A stretch of 64,000 nt of DNA from Podarcis liolepis. Taxonomy: Eukaryota. Under the pieces are notes generated by a model, which did not search any database, had not been told where the DNA came from, and worked only from the letters and a program-made list of their open reading frames with translations. The position numbers and the translations under genes are program-made. This document shows, one piece after another, positions 1 to 12,970 of this stretch (positions within the stretch are counted from its first letter, which is position 1; every line of letters starts with the position of its first letter). The stretch is from assembly GCA_965112155.1 (NCBI GenBank), contig OZ218100.1; one strand, written 5' to 3'.

Positions 1-80
1 TTTCAGTAATTTATGAGGAATCTATTATCTTTGCTAGGACTTTGCTCTCAGCAAAAGAATTCAGTTGGCAACACCATGTA

Positions 81-305
81 CAGTGGTACCTCGGGTTACA
101 TATGCTTCAGGTTACATACGCTTCAGGTTACAGACTCTGCTAACCCAGAAATAGTGCTTCAGGTTAAGAACTTTGCTTCAGGCTGAGAACAGAAATCGTG
201 CTCCGGTGGTGCGGCAGCAGCGGGAGGCCCCATTAGCTAAAGTGGTGCTTCAAGTTAAGAACAGACCTCCGGAACGAATTAAGTACTTAACCCGAGGTAC
301 CACTG
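81..305. mobile_element. Tc1/mariner-pogo (Tigger-like) MITE
   Basis: TIRs CAGTGGTACCTCGGGTTA / TAACCCGAGGTACCACTG; TA on both sides (79-80, 306-307); internal GCTTCAGGTTA repeats. Confidence 0.85.
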
Positions 306-307
306 TA

Positions 308-535
308 CAGTGGTACCTCAGTTCTCGAACGACTCTGTTGACAAACATTTTGGAACCCAAACAGCGAAATGCTTCCGTTCTCAAGCATGCCTCAGAAGTC
401 GAATGGTTTCCGCTGCATGTTTTTCAATTTTCTCAACTGAATTTGCGGACAGCCCTTTGCGCCTTGGTTTTCGAACGTTTCGGAACTCAAACAGTCTTCT
501 GGAACTGATTACATTCGAGAACCGAGGTACCACTG
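308..535. mobile_element. Second Tigger-like MITE, different subfamily, abutting the first
   Basis: TIRs CAGTGGTACCTCAGTTCTCGAA / TTCGAGAACCGAGGTACCACTG; TA on both sides (306-307, 536-537). Confidence 0.85.
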
Positions 536-751
536 TACTACATTTTAGAAATCTGTGATAATTTCAGGCCATTGTCAGTCATGGCTAAGATTTGACATGT
601 TCATAGTTCATCCGTAATAAAATAAATGGAAGCTGAAAGGATGACAGTGTTCTTTTCTGCCATACAGAGAGGGTGTGGCACATTTTTTGGGAATGATCTT
701 ATAAATACACAAAGTTAAGGGCTTCCTTTAAAATGCTGGTTCCTATTGCAG

Positions 752-900
752 GCCTATTATGCTGTGTTCCTGAACAGTGGTCGACTAGAAGTGCACGTCT
801 CTACCGGGATAAGGGATCCTCGCAGGATCACCATCAAACCTGCATCTGGCGAGTTTCATGATGGCAGAGAACACAGCATCCGAATAGAAAGACTCGGAGG
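752..900 (+). CDS. LAMA2: LAMA2 exon (LG3): AYYAVFLNSGRLEVHVSTGIRDPRRITIKPASGEFHDGREHSIRIERLG
   Basis: ttgcag| acceptor at 751, |gtaata donor at 901; 149 nt; FHDGREHS LG3 motif. Confidence 0.95.
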
Positions 901-3124
901 GTAATAACTCAGAATATAGGGGTACTGTAACCCTGAACATTTGTTCTAGCCCAGTAACTGAAACTATGAGGAGAGGAGAATGAAATCTCCGTGCAGCTTT
1001 CATTTAAAAGTCATCTTCTGACAGTGATGATTTCATTATGGCATAGGTCACGCTTTAGTGTAGGCATTGCCGCTTAAGATTTTCATTAATCTAAATTGCT
1101 ATGTTAACCTTTGATACTTTTTGCAAATACACTTTATTAATCTAATTTGTGTGGCTGAGGAATTGGATCTTGAACTAATATTAAGGAACAGCTTCCAATG
1201 AGAAGGAATAGCAACATCAAGACCTAACGACGCCCACGCCGAATTCACAACACCTGCAACTTCTTTATAAGTTTTCCACATGAAACTATGGGAAGGTTGG
1301 GGATTGATGCCTTCTGAACTGGAAAAGGGCCCTATATCTTTAAGAGTCAGGGCAATCGGGAGGAGAGAGGGAATAAGGAAAAGGAAGAGCTAAGGTGTTG
1401 GTGGTTCTCAGCAACATAGCAACGGCATTGGTTCACATTAGCACGTGCTGCTAGATGCCGTGGTGCAAGTGCAGTGTTTGAACATTGTCTTATATGTTAG
1501 GGATAAATCATGTCTAGAAGTCATGAAACAGGATACAAATGTAATCATCAACATTCAAGGGGGCCCCTGCCACTTGCTTTAGGGGCAGTCTTGCAGATGG
1601 CAAGGAACAAAAATGAAAAAGATCTGTCTGAGGTGGGGGAAGGGGCTTTTTAAACACACCAACACACATGCCCTCTAAAATAGCACTATCAATCCAGGTA
1701 TTTATGCCTGCAAGTATTTGGTGCAGCCCTAATGTGCATCCACTGAAAACATAAAATAACAACATAACGTATATAAATAATGTAACATAAGATAATACTG
1801 ATAACATAGCATAAATCCCTCATCCATCCACCCTACACTGCTTCTGGAGCCACCATGGGCTATGCTGGCTTGGAGGCCAGAAAGGATTACTTTGGTTATT
1901 AGTTTTTATCCCTTATTATGTCAAAGCGCACTTTCCGTTGGAGGCCCTGCAGCTCTAATAAATATCTTAACAAGTAAATCCATTCATCCCATTTCCTCAG
2001 AATCTTCCTCGTTCTCTAACCCATGACCTTATTCCCAAGCAAAAACATGTTTTGTCAGCCTCCTTGGTACTTGCTTAAACTTCAAATTCCTAAAGTCAGG
2101 TTTTTAATTTTCTTTAAATGTCACCATAAATGACAAAATGCAAGCTGACAAGTATTGATAATACTACAATATCTAGCAGAATGCAAAGGAAATCCTTTCA
2201 CTTAACAAACCAAATAATAATGTTGTATATAATACACAGGATTATGTTATTTGCTACCCTGTAAGGACTGCTAATGCCAGCTCATCATTGCTTTTACAGC
2301 ACCCTCTAGTGGACAGAAATACAGAAATAGGCTCATGCTTGTGATTTTCGTAACTGTCCAAAACACATACACAACAGACTTCATTTTCCCATAAACTGGG
2401 CTGGAAGAGAAATGAACAAACCTCTTCATCTGCTAATCATTACCCAAGCTTTATTTTATTAAAAGCAGAGGACATTTTTGAAAACTCTTCAGAAAGCTAA
2501 TTACCCATATGATTATAAACTAATTGCTTCCCATTCCAGGATAATTATAGGACAGCATTGAGGACTAAGGCATATCATCATGTGCTGGTCTTCCGCATCA
2601 GAGTGCATAAACATTTTCTCTTGAACAATAGCAGAGGGCTTCGTAAATTATTAGGGATTTAACCAGGAACAGGTATTATCAGCTACAGGAGAATCAAGCA
2701 AGCCTAAGAATGTCCAGCTTTACTGGGAAGAAGGTATCCAAAAATTTAGAATATCTAATGTGGAGTTATTGCTATTCCATTCTCTAGCACAGACTCCTGA
2801 AGCTGGGGAGAAACTAAATGGATCATTTAGCCCAGCTGCAAAACCTTCGACAGAATGTAAGAAAACCCAAAATGGTTTTTGCAAGTTTTTGCACAAATGC
2901 ACTGAGCAACTCCTTCCAGTCCTCAGGTAGCCTCGCATCTGGCCCCAGTATGTATTTTCATCTTTGGTTGCACACTTCAGCACAAATATTACATTTTGGA
3001 GTACCCAATATTATCATTAAGCTGAGGTGAATAAGCTGTTGTTAGGCTCTCGGACATGCCCACCCACTTTCACACATATTGCTTTCAGGATGCTTATAAA
3101 GCTATCCATGCAAAAATAATAATA

Positions 3125-3480
3125 CAGTGGTACCTCGCAAGACGAATGCCTCACAAGACAAAAAACCCGCTAGACGAAAGGGTTTTTTGTTTTTTGAGCT
3201 GCTTCACAAGACGATTTTCCCTATGGGCTTGCTTCGCAAGACGGAAACGTCTTGCAAGTTTGTTTCCTTTTTCTTAACACCGTTAATACAGTTGTGACTT
3301 GACTTCGAGGAGCAACTCATAGAACGCGGTGTGGTAGCTTTTTTTGAGGTTTTTAAAGACTTTGGTGATTTTTGAAGCTTTTCCAAAACTTTCCCGACAC
3401 CGTGCTTCGCAAGACGGAAAAAAATCGCAAGACGACAAAACTCACGGAACGAATTAATTTCGTCTTGCGAGGCACCACTG
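3125..3480. mobile_element. Tigger-like MITE (CGCAAGACG-repeat family)
   Basis: TIRs CAGTGGTACCTCGCAAGACGAA / TTCGTCTTGCGAGGCACCACTG; TA TSD; a related copy lies inverted at 39317-39635. Confidence 0.88.
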
Positions 3481-4370
3481 TACACTGTCTGCCATCTTAT
3501 GGATAAAGTCCCATTGGACTCAGGGCTTTCTTCCAAGTAAACCTGTATAGCGCTGCAGTGCATGACATTTGCAACACCGGGTTGCATCCGAGCCACGCTG
3601 TGCTCAAGCCACACGGTGTCCCCTCTTAGGTCAGGCCTCTCCCAGACACACATATACTTGGGCCTTTCCTCAAATTTGAGACTTTTCAGAGAAAACAGAG
3701 GCTGCGGTTGGAAGGAAGGGGTGGGGAAATTGCCATGTGTGAGTGTAGCTTTCGATGGAAATCACAGCAATTAAGATGACACCACAAAGGCCAAAGTAGA
3801 AATTATGTTTCTTTAGGGGGGAATCATTATTATTATTAGTTCAGAATTCTGGATGGCCCTTTGTACAAAAGGACCCCCTGGTGCTAAAGCTAGCTGCTAT
3901 ATTGCCACTACAGGTGTACTTGGCTTTTGAAAATATATAATATACATCTTTCATGGATTTCAGCAGTCACCATACTCAAGGGGCTTCACTGTTCTTCAGC
4001 AAGAGCATAATAACTAGTGGGGAAAACCAGGAAAATAAAGAACCAAACAAAATGTGACCCCTTTCATTTTTTTATCCTGGTGGGCCATGGGAAATTATAC
4101 TTTAGCACTAAAAGTAGCCTTGATTGTTTCTATCAGTAGTAATGCTGTCGGTCTGTAGGCTCTTCTTTTCAGTTCATCCACATACTAATCTCACTGATAT
4201 TCTATTGGTTTGAAGGTTTTATTCAGCCAGAGCAGTTTGGGCTCTCATCCTGCAGCTCTTTAAACGAAGCGAAAACTGCATCCGTCAGTGTTATGGTGCA
4301 GGTACAGCAGCAGGAGCAGCAGTTTGGCTCGGGGTATTTGTGTATTAAGTCACTTTCATTGATTTTGCAG

Positions 4371-4547
4371 GCTGTTTGTGATCCAAGTAGATGAGGACAG
4401 AAGCCAGTCTCAAAGACTCCCGTCAGATCAACCTATTTCCGTTAAGAAGCTTTTTGTGGGAGGGACACCACCTGAATTCCACATTGCTCCTATTAGGAAC
4501 ATACCTGCGTTTGATGGCTGCATATGGAACCTTGTCATCAATGCTGT
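4371..4547 (+). CDS. LAMA2: LAMA2 exon (LG3 end): LFVIQVDEDRSQSQRLPSDQPISVKKLFVGGTPPEFHIAPIRNIPAFDGCIWNLVINA
   Basis: ttttgcag| acceptor, |gtgagt donor; 177 nt; KKLFVGG and FxGCIWNLVIN motifs. Confidence 0.95.
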
Positions 4548-6262
4548 GTGAGTATCTATTTTTTGTCAGGTTATATAAAGCACCCTATTGATATAAAGCT
4601 ATGTTGCTTATAGAAACCAACTGATGTTATTCCAGTGGCAGGCATATGATAGATGGGGATCTACTAGTAGGTCTCTCAGTAGGTCTTTGCAGTACATCCC
4701 AATCATTTAACAATAGCCAAAATAACAATACTTTTCCCACCTATGTTAGGCTGCTGAAATAAATAAAGCTAACCAGGAGTGGCTTTTTGTGTGAAAGTAC
4801 TCTGGTATGGAAAACAAATTTCTATGGTCAGAATCTGCTGAGACACCCTGTACTTTAATTTTAACTGTATCTCTGATAGGTAGATTTCCAGGTTCTAGTA
4901 AAAAATAAAAAAATAGAAAGGAGATGCAACAAGCCTGAGTCTCCCCACCCCTGTACTATTCTAGATAACGAAGTCTTAAATTCTGACAATATGTGCTTGC
5001 CCATAATACGATATAAGGTTGCCAGCTGAGCAATATTTGCCTGGTATAACCCAACCATTTGTGATATTCATCAGAAAGATGCCACACTCTTAATTTCCAT
5101 GTTAATTTTTGACAAAGTAAACCAGCCACAATGATAGCTGATGTTATTCCTGACATGGTAAAACACCAGATGGCTTGATAAAAGGAAAGTTCTGCTAGTC
5201 AGACCAGATGGAAAAAGTCAAGTTAATGGTGATTTTAAAAGAACTGAAAATGAATATATGAGAACTCTGTTAGCTGATGCTGAAATTTTATGATATTTGT
5301 ATGCTGCTCCATAACATAAAGCTATCTGGTGCAATGAACAATTATACACTCATTAAACACATGCAGAAATAATTTGTGGAACAAGATCTCTATTTGATGT
5401 CTATGCTATTTCATATCTTCCGGCACATGTCATGTACTAGCTGAGGCACATGTTGAACAGAGTAATAGCCTCGCCAGTGTTGTGCCAGGTCTCTTGCACT
5501 AGCAGCTGTCCAGTTCAGTTCCACAGAAGGGCCACACACAGCATGACATCTTAGCTCCAGGTTTACATGTTAGCTGAACCAGGTGATTTTCAACTGTATG
5601 ATCAGCGATTCACTGAAGCATATATGCGTCACATGGCACTGTCTCTACACACTAATGTCGACAGCATTGAAAGTGGGCAGAACCTGCTATGCACCTGAAT
5701 TATAGGCTGCACATGGAGCTCCAACAATACATCAACTCTTGGAAATGTATGCTCACTAGGGGCAGTAGTGAAGGCACACCAGGGCAGCTGTTTGGCTTCC
5801 CTGGTGCATTTGCACTGTCCCACTGTGCCAACCTCACCTCTGCTTTGCCTCTTCCCCTCTGTGTCCCAGGAGCAACGTAGCTGAAAGGCAATCGGGGACG
5901 CAGCACAGCCCCACTGCACTGTCCAATACGGGTGGGTAGGTGGGGGGTAACTTTGTGTATTTTCAAAGGAAAAGGGAGCAAGCTTCATGGCTATGTAGGG
6001 ATTTGAACCTAGTTTTCCCAGTCTTCTTCAACACTACACACCGGCAGTTCACCATGGTGGTAAATGAAATTAAAGCCTTATGAAGAGAATCCAGAAGTAT
6101 CTCAGGAAATTGTGTGTTACATCATCAGATTAGTTCCTAATCCCCTCAACAACTGCCTCCAAAAAGGCAAACTACACTTTTAAAAATTATTGATCGTGGT
6201 GAAAGGATCCAGTTGAAGAATTCCTGTTGTTTGACATCACTGACTTCATTGTCTCTCTTCAG

Positions 6263-6458
6263 TCCAATGGATTTTGCCCAGCCATTATCCTTCGAAAATG
6301 CAGATATTGGCCAGTGTCCTGATCAAGACCCACTACATGAAAAAGAGGATGAGGATCACATCTCCCGTGCAACAGTTGTGATCCATCCTGAACCAGATAC
6401 TGCGGAAAAGATAGCGAGTGCAACCTCTCCTCCTCCACCCCCTTTCCCACCTTCACAT
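6263..6458 (+). CDS. LAMA2: LAMA2 exon (LG3-LG4 linker): PMDFAQPLSFENADIGQC...SPPPPPFPPSH
   Basis: ctcttcag| acceptor, |gtaagt donor; 196 nt; lies inside ORF 6213..6599. Confidence 0.94.
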
Positions 6459-8837
6459 GTAAGTGTGCTTTGTTTCTATGATGTGATTGGGTGGATGAGT
6501 TGGGTTAAAAAAAAAAATCACAGGTTTTTACCTGGCACTGGTAACTGCATAGTGATTATGGCGATGGTGCATAATCGACTTCTTGGATTCACTAACTGAA
6601 CACTTTGCAAATAGGGCTTCATATGGAGACTTTGTTCAGCATCTCAGTGGTATCCCTCTTCTGGGCAATACAACAGGAACACAAAGCCTGCTGTTTCTGA
6701 GCAAGCTGAATCTCTAATATGATCTGTTCATCCCAGTGGGAGGAATTCAAGATTGCACTAAGGCAGTCATTCCATCAGGGCAAGCATTCCTCCTGTGCCC
6801 TGTTCTGGTGGTTCTCTCAACACCCCCACCCCCGACCCAGTTTGGGGTGGGGGGCTGAGGACACACAGGAGGAGGAAGTGCAAGCAGATGTTATCAGCTG
6901 GATCCCCCAAAATGCATTTGCCATAAGATCAATTTCAAGTGTGAGTGCAGCTTTGTAGGTCTTGCTATACCACTCAGTGAGATTTATTAGTTGCTCATAG
7001 TTCCTGCTTAACTCAAAATGGTGAGTCTGCTGCCAGTTTTCAGCTGAATGATCAGTACAGAGGCATGCATAAGTTAGCACTTGTTGCTTCATTACTGTGG
7101 GAAACATTTAACTTTTATCACCAGCTTCTCAAATTCCATGGAAATCTGGATCAACTTTTGGTTCTTTGGCGTTCTTTCTGTCTCCTCTTTGGCCGTTCTC
7201 TGCTTTCTGAATTAAACCAACACAATGTATCCATGGATAGCTGATGAAAAGCATGGGAACTTTAAAAAATAAACAAACAAATACGGTCCTAACAACAAGC
7301 AAGTCAAGGAGGTGACTAATGTGAGCTGCAACTTGAAGATATAAATTCCATTCATCACTATTGTTTTAGAGCAAAGCATAGGAATATAGTATATAGTACA
7401 TATTTAATATTTTTGTAAGTTAATTTTATACTCAAAATATCACTGGGAAACCTGGTCTTTATCCCTACCTTCACCCTTGGTTCACCCTCATCAGAAACCT
7501 GGCCTAAGATGCAAATTTCACACAGCACATACGAGGGTTCCTATGCCTTTGACAACATTAGGAATCACCTTCCAGGAGAAAAATATGGCTTTTCTGATGA
7601 AATTCCACCCGGACAGCAACTTTAGCCAGGTTGTGTTTGTGAGGTGAATACCACTGCAAAAAAGAATTCACCACTTCATTTTTACCATTGTCACCTATCT
7701 GATACTTGTGCTGTCTCAGTTGCTTGTATATGAACCTGTCATCTAAAGGGAGAAAGGCTTCGATTCTCATTACTCAATCTCTTCTCTTTTCCACTTTCAA
7801 AAGATAGAACTTATAGGTCAGAATGTCAGCATTTCAAACTTTGCTTGACACCTGTTTGTTAGTTTCATCAGATAGTCCTATATAAGGCACTGTGGAAAAT
7901 CAAGCCAACATCTCTCCTTGTCCACTACAATCACCACATTATAGACAGAGGATTGGGTCCTAAGACAGAGTAGAAGGACACATCTTTCCTGTCCTGTGCC
8001 CTCCCATGAACCCATGAAATGTCTGTCCGCAGAGCGAGGGGATCCTCTGAACAGCACAGACTGCAGTGGAAGAATAGAATTGCCAAAAGTCCAGCAGAGA
8101 AAACTTTTGAGAGCAGTGCATTTGTGGCTTTCTGGTGGACTAGTTTTGTGCATGACTTTTAACATATGGATCAGTCATTTTGAACTACTCTTTTGAACTA
8201 CTGTGTGCTTTAAAATGGTCTGTCTAAAGAGTAAGGAATCTAAAAGGATGATTTTCTAGCCGAGATCAATCTTAATAATAATAGAGGATGGTAGATGTGC
8301 ATTATTGATTCATAAATATGATATAGAACACTTTTCCTTCAATCCCACCCACAAGGTGGCATAATGGTAACATGCATTTATTAATGCAATATTTCATTTT
8401 CCAGTTCTTTTTAAAACATATAGTTCAATAATATGTTGGGAATGCAAACTAGTTGAGCCAGATTTCCAATCAGAAGCTGGTAGTTTCAGTTTAAGCCATG
8501 CTACAGTTTATGCTAGATTGTCATAGTTTTCCAGCTTGAAACAAGACCTAAAATGAATTTTCCATTTCACTTTCCTTTGCAGCCATGTAGCCAATCCATA
8601 AGTAGGTAGAACAGACTTGTCAGCTGTTCAGTGTAAATGACAGGTGATATATCCAAATGGTATATTATAGCAAGAATAAAAGCAAGCAAAACCTTCATTT
8701 ATTGCAGAAGTGAGATCAAGAGTTGCAAAACATATTTTGTAATAACTTTATTATCCAAAAAGCAAAAAGGGGAAATGATAAAATTAACCACCACTTGTTG
8801 AACTTCAATATATTCAAAACACTGTACATACTTAGCT

Positions 8838-8966
8838 CAGGAATGGGATAGGAAACTATGAAGCTGTTGTTGGACTCCAACTCCCTTCATCCTTAACCAC
8901 TGGCCGTCCTGGCTGGGCCTGATAAGAATTCAACACATCTGGAGGGCCACAGATTCTCCATTCCTG
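8838..8966. mobile_element. Short palindromic hAT-type MITE (similar copies at ~21887-22001, ~34493-34627, ~43063-43187, 48303-48438)
   Basis: CAGGAATGG / CCATTCCTG ends; shared core ggact(a/c)caactccc(a/t)tcatcc...gg(g)atgatggga.ttgtagtcc across copies. Confidence 0.6.
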
Positions 8967-9019
8967 ATTTAATTGGGTAGATTAAGCTCTATTCTTAATC
9001 TAAGAAGCTACAGTAAGTA

Positions 9020-9579
9020 ATAACACATTATATGTAGGGACTTCTCCGAAGACAGTTCAGGAACTTCAGCTGGTACAGAATTTGGCAGATATGCAACTCA
9101 CAGAAGCAAGACGGTCTGAGCATATAACTCCAATCCTGGCCCAACTACAATGGCTTCCAGGCCCAATTCAAAGTGCTATAAAGCCTTTAAACAGCTCAAG
9201 AACACAATGCCTCAAGGACTGCCGCTCCAGACCCTGCAATCATCATCTGAGGCCCTTCTTTGTGTGCCTACTCCACAAGAGGTCCAGAGGGTGGCAACAC
9301 AAGAATGTGCTTTTTCTGTGGTGGGTCCCCATTTGTGGTATGCTCTCCCCAGGGAGACTCACCTGGCGCCCTCATTACATATCTTTAGGCACCAGGTGAA
9401 ACGTTTCACCAGGCTTCAAGCTGAATAACCTTCTATGGCCTTTTAAATGTGGTAGGGTGGTTTTTGGTTTGTTTTTGTTTTAATATATATTTTGTGCTTT
9501 CATTTTGTATTTTTATGTTGTGAACTGCCCTGCGATCTTCAGATGAAGGGCGGTATACTAATAAATAATAATAATAATA
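9020..9579 (+). mobile_element. L2-clade LINE 3' fragment
   Basis: Degenerate ORF2 end LQLVQNLAD..LT..RRSEHITPILAQLQWLP (L2 HITP.L..LHWLP motif); (TAA)n tail. Confidence 0.8.
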
Positions 9580-10450
9580 GATCTTGTTAGTCCACTGACA
9601 TAATTATTTTATATAATATGAGAAGTTCTGTGTTCATATACCAGTCAAACTGGAATATGAGTGCATGCTTTGTATATAGACCCAGATTTATTTCCTGCTA
9701 TCCTTTGGATTAGATAATACTCTGCTTGATGAACCAAATGATAGTATTTTCGTCTGTCTTCTAAACAGTTTACTATTTTAGTGGAATGATGCCATTAAGA
9801 AGGTAATGGTTTTATATATGCTGACAAGCTGACATAGCTAAGATTTCTGACAATTTCTGCCGCAATGTCCAAGCAAGGAAGATGAATACTTCAGTAAGAT
9901 TTCTTTTATGTTGAGGTGATATCAATTGCCCCTTGAAATATCATTTTCAGGTAAAAAATAATGGATCCTACTTTATTCAGAATACCTAATATTCTTAAGT
10001 AGTGCTTAGATTCCAAAAGGCCTTTCCTATGGAAATAACAAAATGTGTATTTGTTTTGAAAGTGGCACAAGAAATACTTGGTGTTTGCTGCAACAAGCAC
10101 AGATACCATTTTAAAATGTGTTACTATTGAAATGGTTATTAGGTGACTTTAAACATGAGGGAATGTTCACACTTCTCAATGCTTTATTAGACCAATGTAA
10201 TTTCATTTAATATTCATCAGCCTGACGATTATATCTTTAGTGTTGAGTCATCTGAGCAGTGAATGTCTTAGATACTTCTGATATATTTCATAATGTACTG
10301 GTTACGTGCTTAGCCTTTTTAACTTCATTCTACATAGATGGCTTTCAGAGCAACTGCAACCCCTGATCAGTTCCACTGGGAATAGCAGCCTGAGAGAGGG
10401 CTTTCTCTGTGGTTGCTCCTAAATTATGGCACTCCCTCTCCACAGAAGTA

Positions 10451-10631
10451 CCGTATTTACTCGAGTCTAATGCAGCATCGAATCTAATGAGCACCTCAGG
10501 TTTCAGAACCTTGAAACCAAAAAAAGTGTTTACTGGTGAATGTAAATGTCCCCTCAAATCTAATGTGCACCTTAATTTTTGCAACATAATTTGGCCAAAA
10601 AAAGGTGAGCATTAGATGCAAGTAAATACGG
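10451..10631. mobile_element. Mariner-type MITE inserted in an L2-like 3' fragment (~10345-10860)
   Basis: TIRs CCGTATTTACTCGAGTCTAATGC / GCATTAGATGCAAGTAAATACGG; TA on the left, CA on the right (decayed TSD). Confidence 0.75.
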
Positions 10632-12970
10632 CATGTTTAGCATCTTTATTGTATAGTTTCCCAATATGCTCTTTACCTTGGCCTTTGACAGTTAAGCTGC
10701 TTTTGGGGAGGGGCGTTGCAACCCACCTCTTTTGCTGACCTGATATTCCATTGTTCCATTTTGGAATGTTTTTATGTTTGTTTGTTTTTAAAAATGTGAT
10801 TTTTATCAGTTTTTAAATGTATTTATGGTGAAGGGTGGGTGATAAAGCTAGCTAGCTAGCTAATTAATTAATTAATTCCATGATGCTGGAGTGATCATGG
10901 TGTGCTTCTGACAGGAGAGGTGAAGGGCCCTATGTGGAACACAAAATGGTGGAAAATTATTATCTCCCACCCTCCAACCTTCTGCTCCAGGCAGCAGCAG
11001 GAGGCAGGGCTGCACATGCCACAGAAAACCCACCACTCTGGGCCCCAGTGAGGATTGGCCAATTTTGTTTGCTCCTGGAAAGGATTTCAGCTGCTGGAGT
11101 TTATTTGCTGTTGCTTTGTCCTGTATTTTATGTTGCAGGCTTAATGCAGGCATGAACAAAGCTTAATTTGTATTTTGAATATGGATAGTCTTCATTTCTG
11201 AGGAAGATTCTAAAAATAATAAACTAATAACTTCTGGATATTAGAGTCCTACAGTAGCTCTCTTTCTGCTGCAAACACTATAGTGTGTGTGTGTAGCGAG
11301 ACAACTTCAGTGATTGCTGCTTCTGCCTCATGTTATTTACTGCTTCTTAGGACTTGCTTGCTGCTGAAGTGAAGAGCGCCAACATTTCAGCTGACTTTGG
11401 CACTGTGACGGTATCTCCCAGTGTTTTTCCCAATTTCCCCCACCCTGGTTTTATTTAACACTGCTAGATGCTGCAGTGCTGTTTCACAGTGATTTTATCT
11501 TCAGGCTTTGCTACTAAATGGCTTTTTCTCTTCCCACCCACCCGCCCGCCGTAGTGCAGCTTTGCAGACGAATGTGTGAGGCAGTCAGACAGCAGTCTTC
11601 CCATTTGCTCAAACTGCTCTACTGAAGGTATCAATTTCCTGTCTCACAGGAAATGTCACATCAATAAGATTTCAGCTAAAAGAATTAATTAAAAGGTTCA
11701 TTCTTGAAGCTGTTCTTCGGCGTACATGGTTGTAAAGTTTCAGTCTTTTCAAAAAGCTATACATTCTTATTCCAGTAACATTTCTAATAAACATGAATGC
11801 TTTCATCTTCACCCTCTGGACGTTTCTGGTCCATTGCAGTATTTAATATAATTTGGGTTTCACTAAGCATCTTTATATTCTTTCCTGTTCCATGTCAATC
11901 AAATGGTGTTATCTATACACCTAATTTCAAGTTGCAACTGACAGAAAAAAAAATATGCAACTCCATTAAAATAGATGTGGACCTGAATGGGCAGGAGCGT
12001 GAGATTTCCCTTTGCCAATGGTCAGTTGCTGAAGGACTAGCCTCACACATTTGCAACAGGGCTCTTCCAGACGTCCTCCTGACTTGACTTTCTGGTTCAT
12101 AGCAGGACATGCAGCAAAAAGTACCTCAAAAGAAAAAAATCTTCCCTTTGTGGGGGTCTAGGTGAACCTGGTTGTTCAGGACATAATAGCAGCCTGCACA
12201 GATATTGCTGGTTCATCTGGAGCAGCTGCAGAAACCTTAACTGGCACTCTGAACGTGCAGATTTTCAGTGACCAACACTTTCATTCAGAACATCAATTTC
12301 TCTGAAAGTACTATGTCTGGAAGTGCCCTTAACATTTTTGTGCTCTTTCTCTTTGTGCCCCTTCTCTTTTGAAGAGAATGTTTATCTCCCCCCAAAAACC
12401 CATTTGAAAGCCGATACCCAGATCATTGTGATTGGTTGCATGTTGCTGAAGCATAAAAGAAAGGAGATTCCTCTTTAAAGTGTAAATGTCTTGTTTCCTA
12501 ATGTATAATTGATGATGTTTTGAAAATGTTTTATGGACAGAACTCCACACATTGCAATCTAATCTCCACTGAATTAGAATAAAAGCAGACGAAAGTGGTT
12601 ACCCGGGGCTATTAAACAACATGTTTTGTAATATGTATATTTGGACCTATTTTTGCCCTGAAACATTTTTCTCTTGTGAATTGCTTGTGTCAGCCTATTC
12701 ATTTATCTTCTTCATAGCAAAGCCACTAGAAGCAGAAAACATATGGCATTCATGTTCACGTGGTTCTTTAGTGCATGGCACTGGTTTACTTGCATCTGTA
12801 GCTAGAGTGTCAAATGTAAAAAGAAGAGTTTTCACATAAAATTTAAGAGAGGGAATTCCAAAGTCTCCAGCATGCTTCTGCATACCAGTTGCCAGAACCT
12901 GCAGGGGAACTCAGGTCCTCCTCCTCACCTCAGGTTTCCCACGGGAATCTGGCTGGCCATAGTGAAAACA

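Noticed and set aside
173-558. ORFs 173..508 and 310..558, also 3204..3653, 31704..32084 and 39466..39723
   Set aside because: All lie within non-autonomous MITEs, with no DDE/DDD transposase motifs.
5930-5947. G-quadruplex motif
   Set aside because: The third G-run has only two G, so it is not a canonical four-by-G3 motif, and there is no other support.
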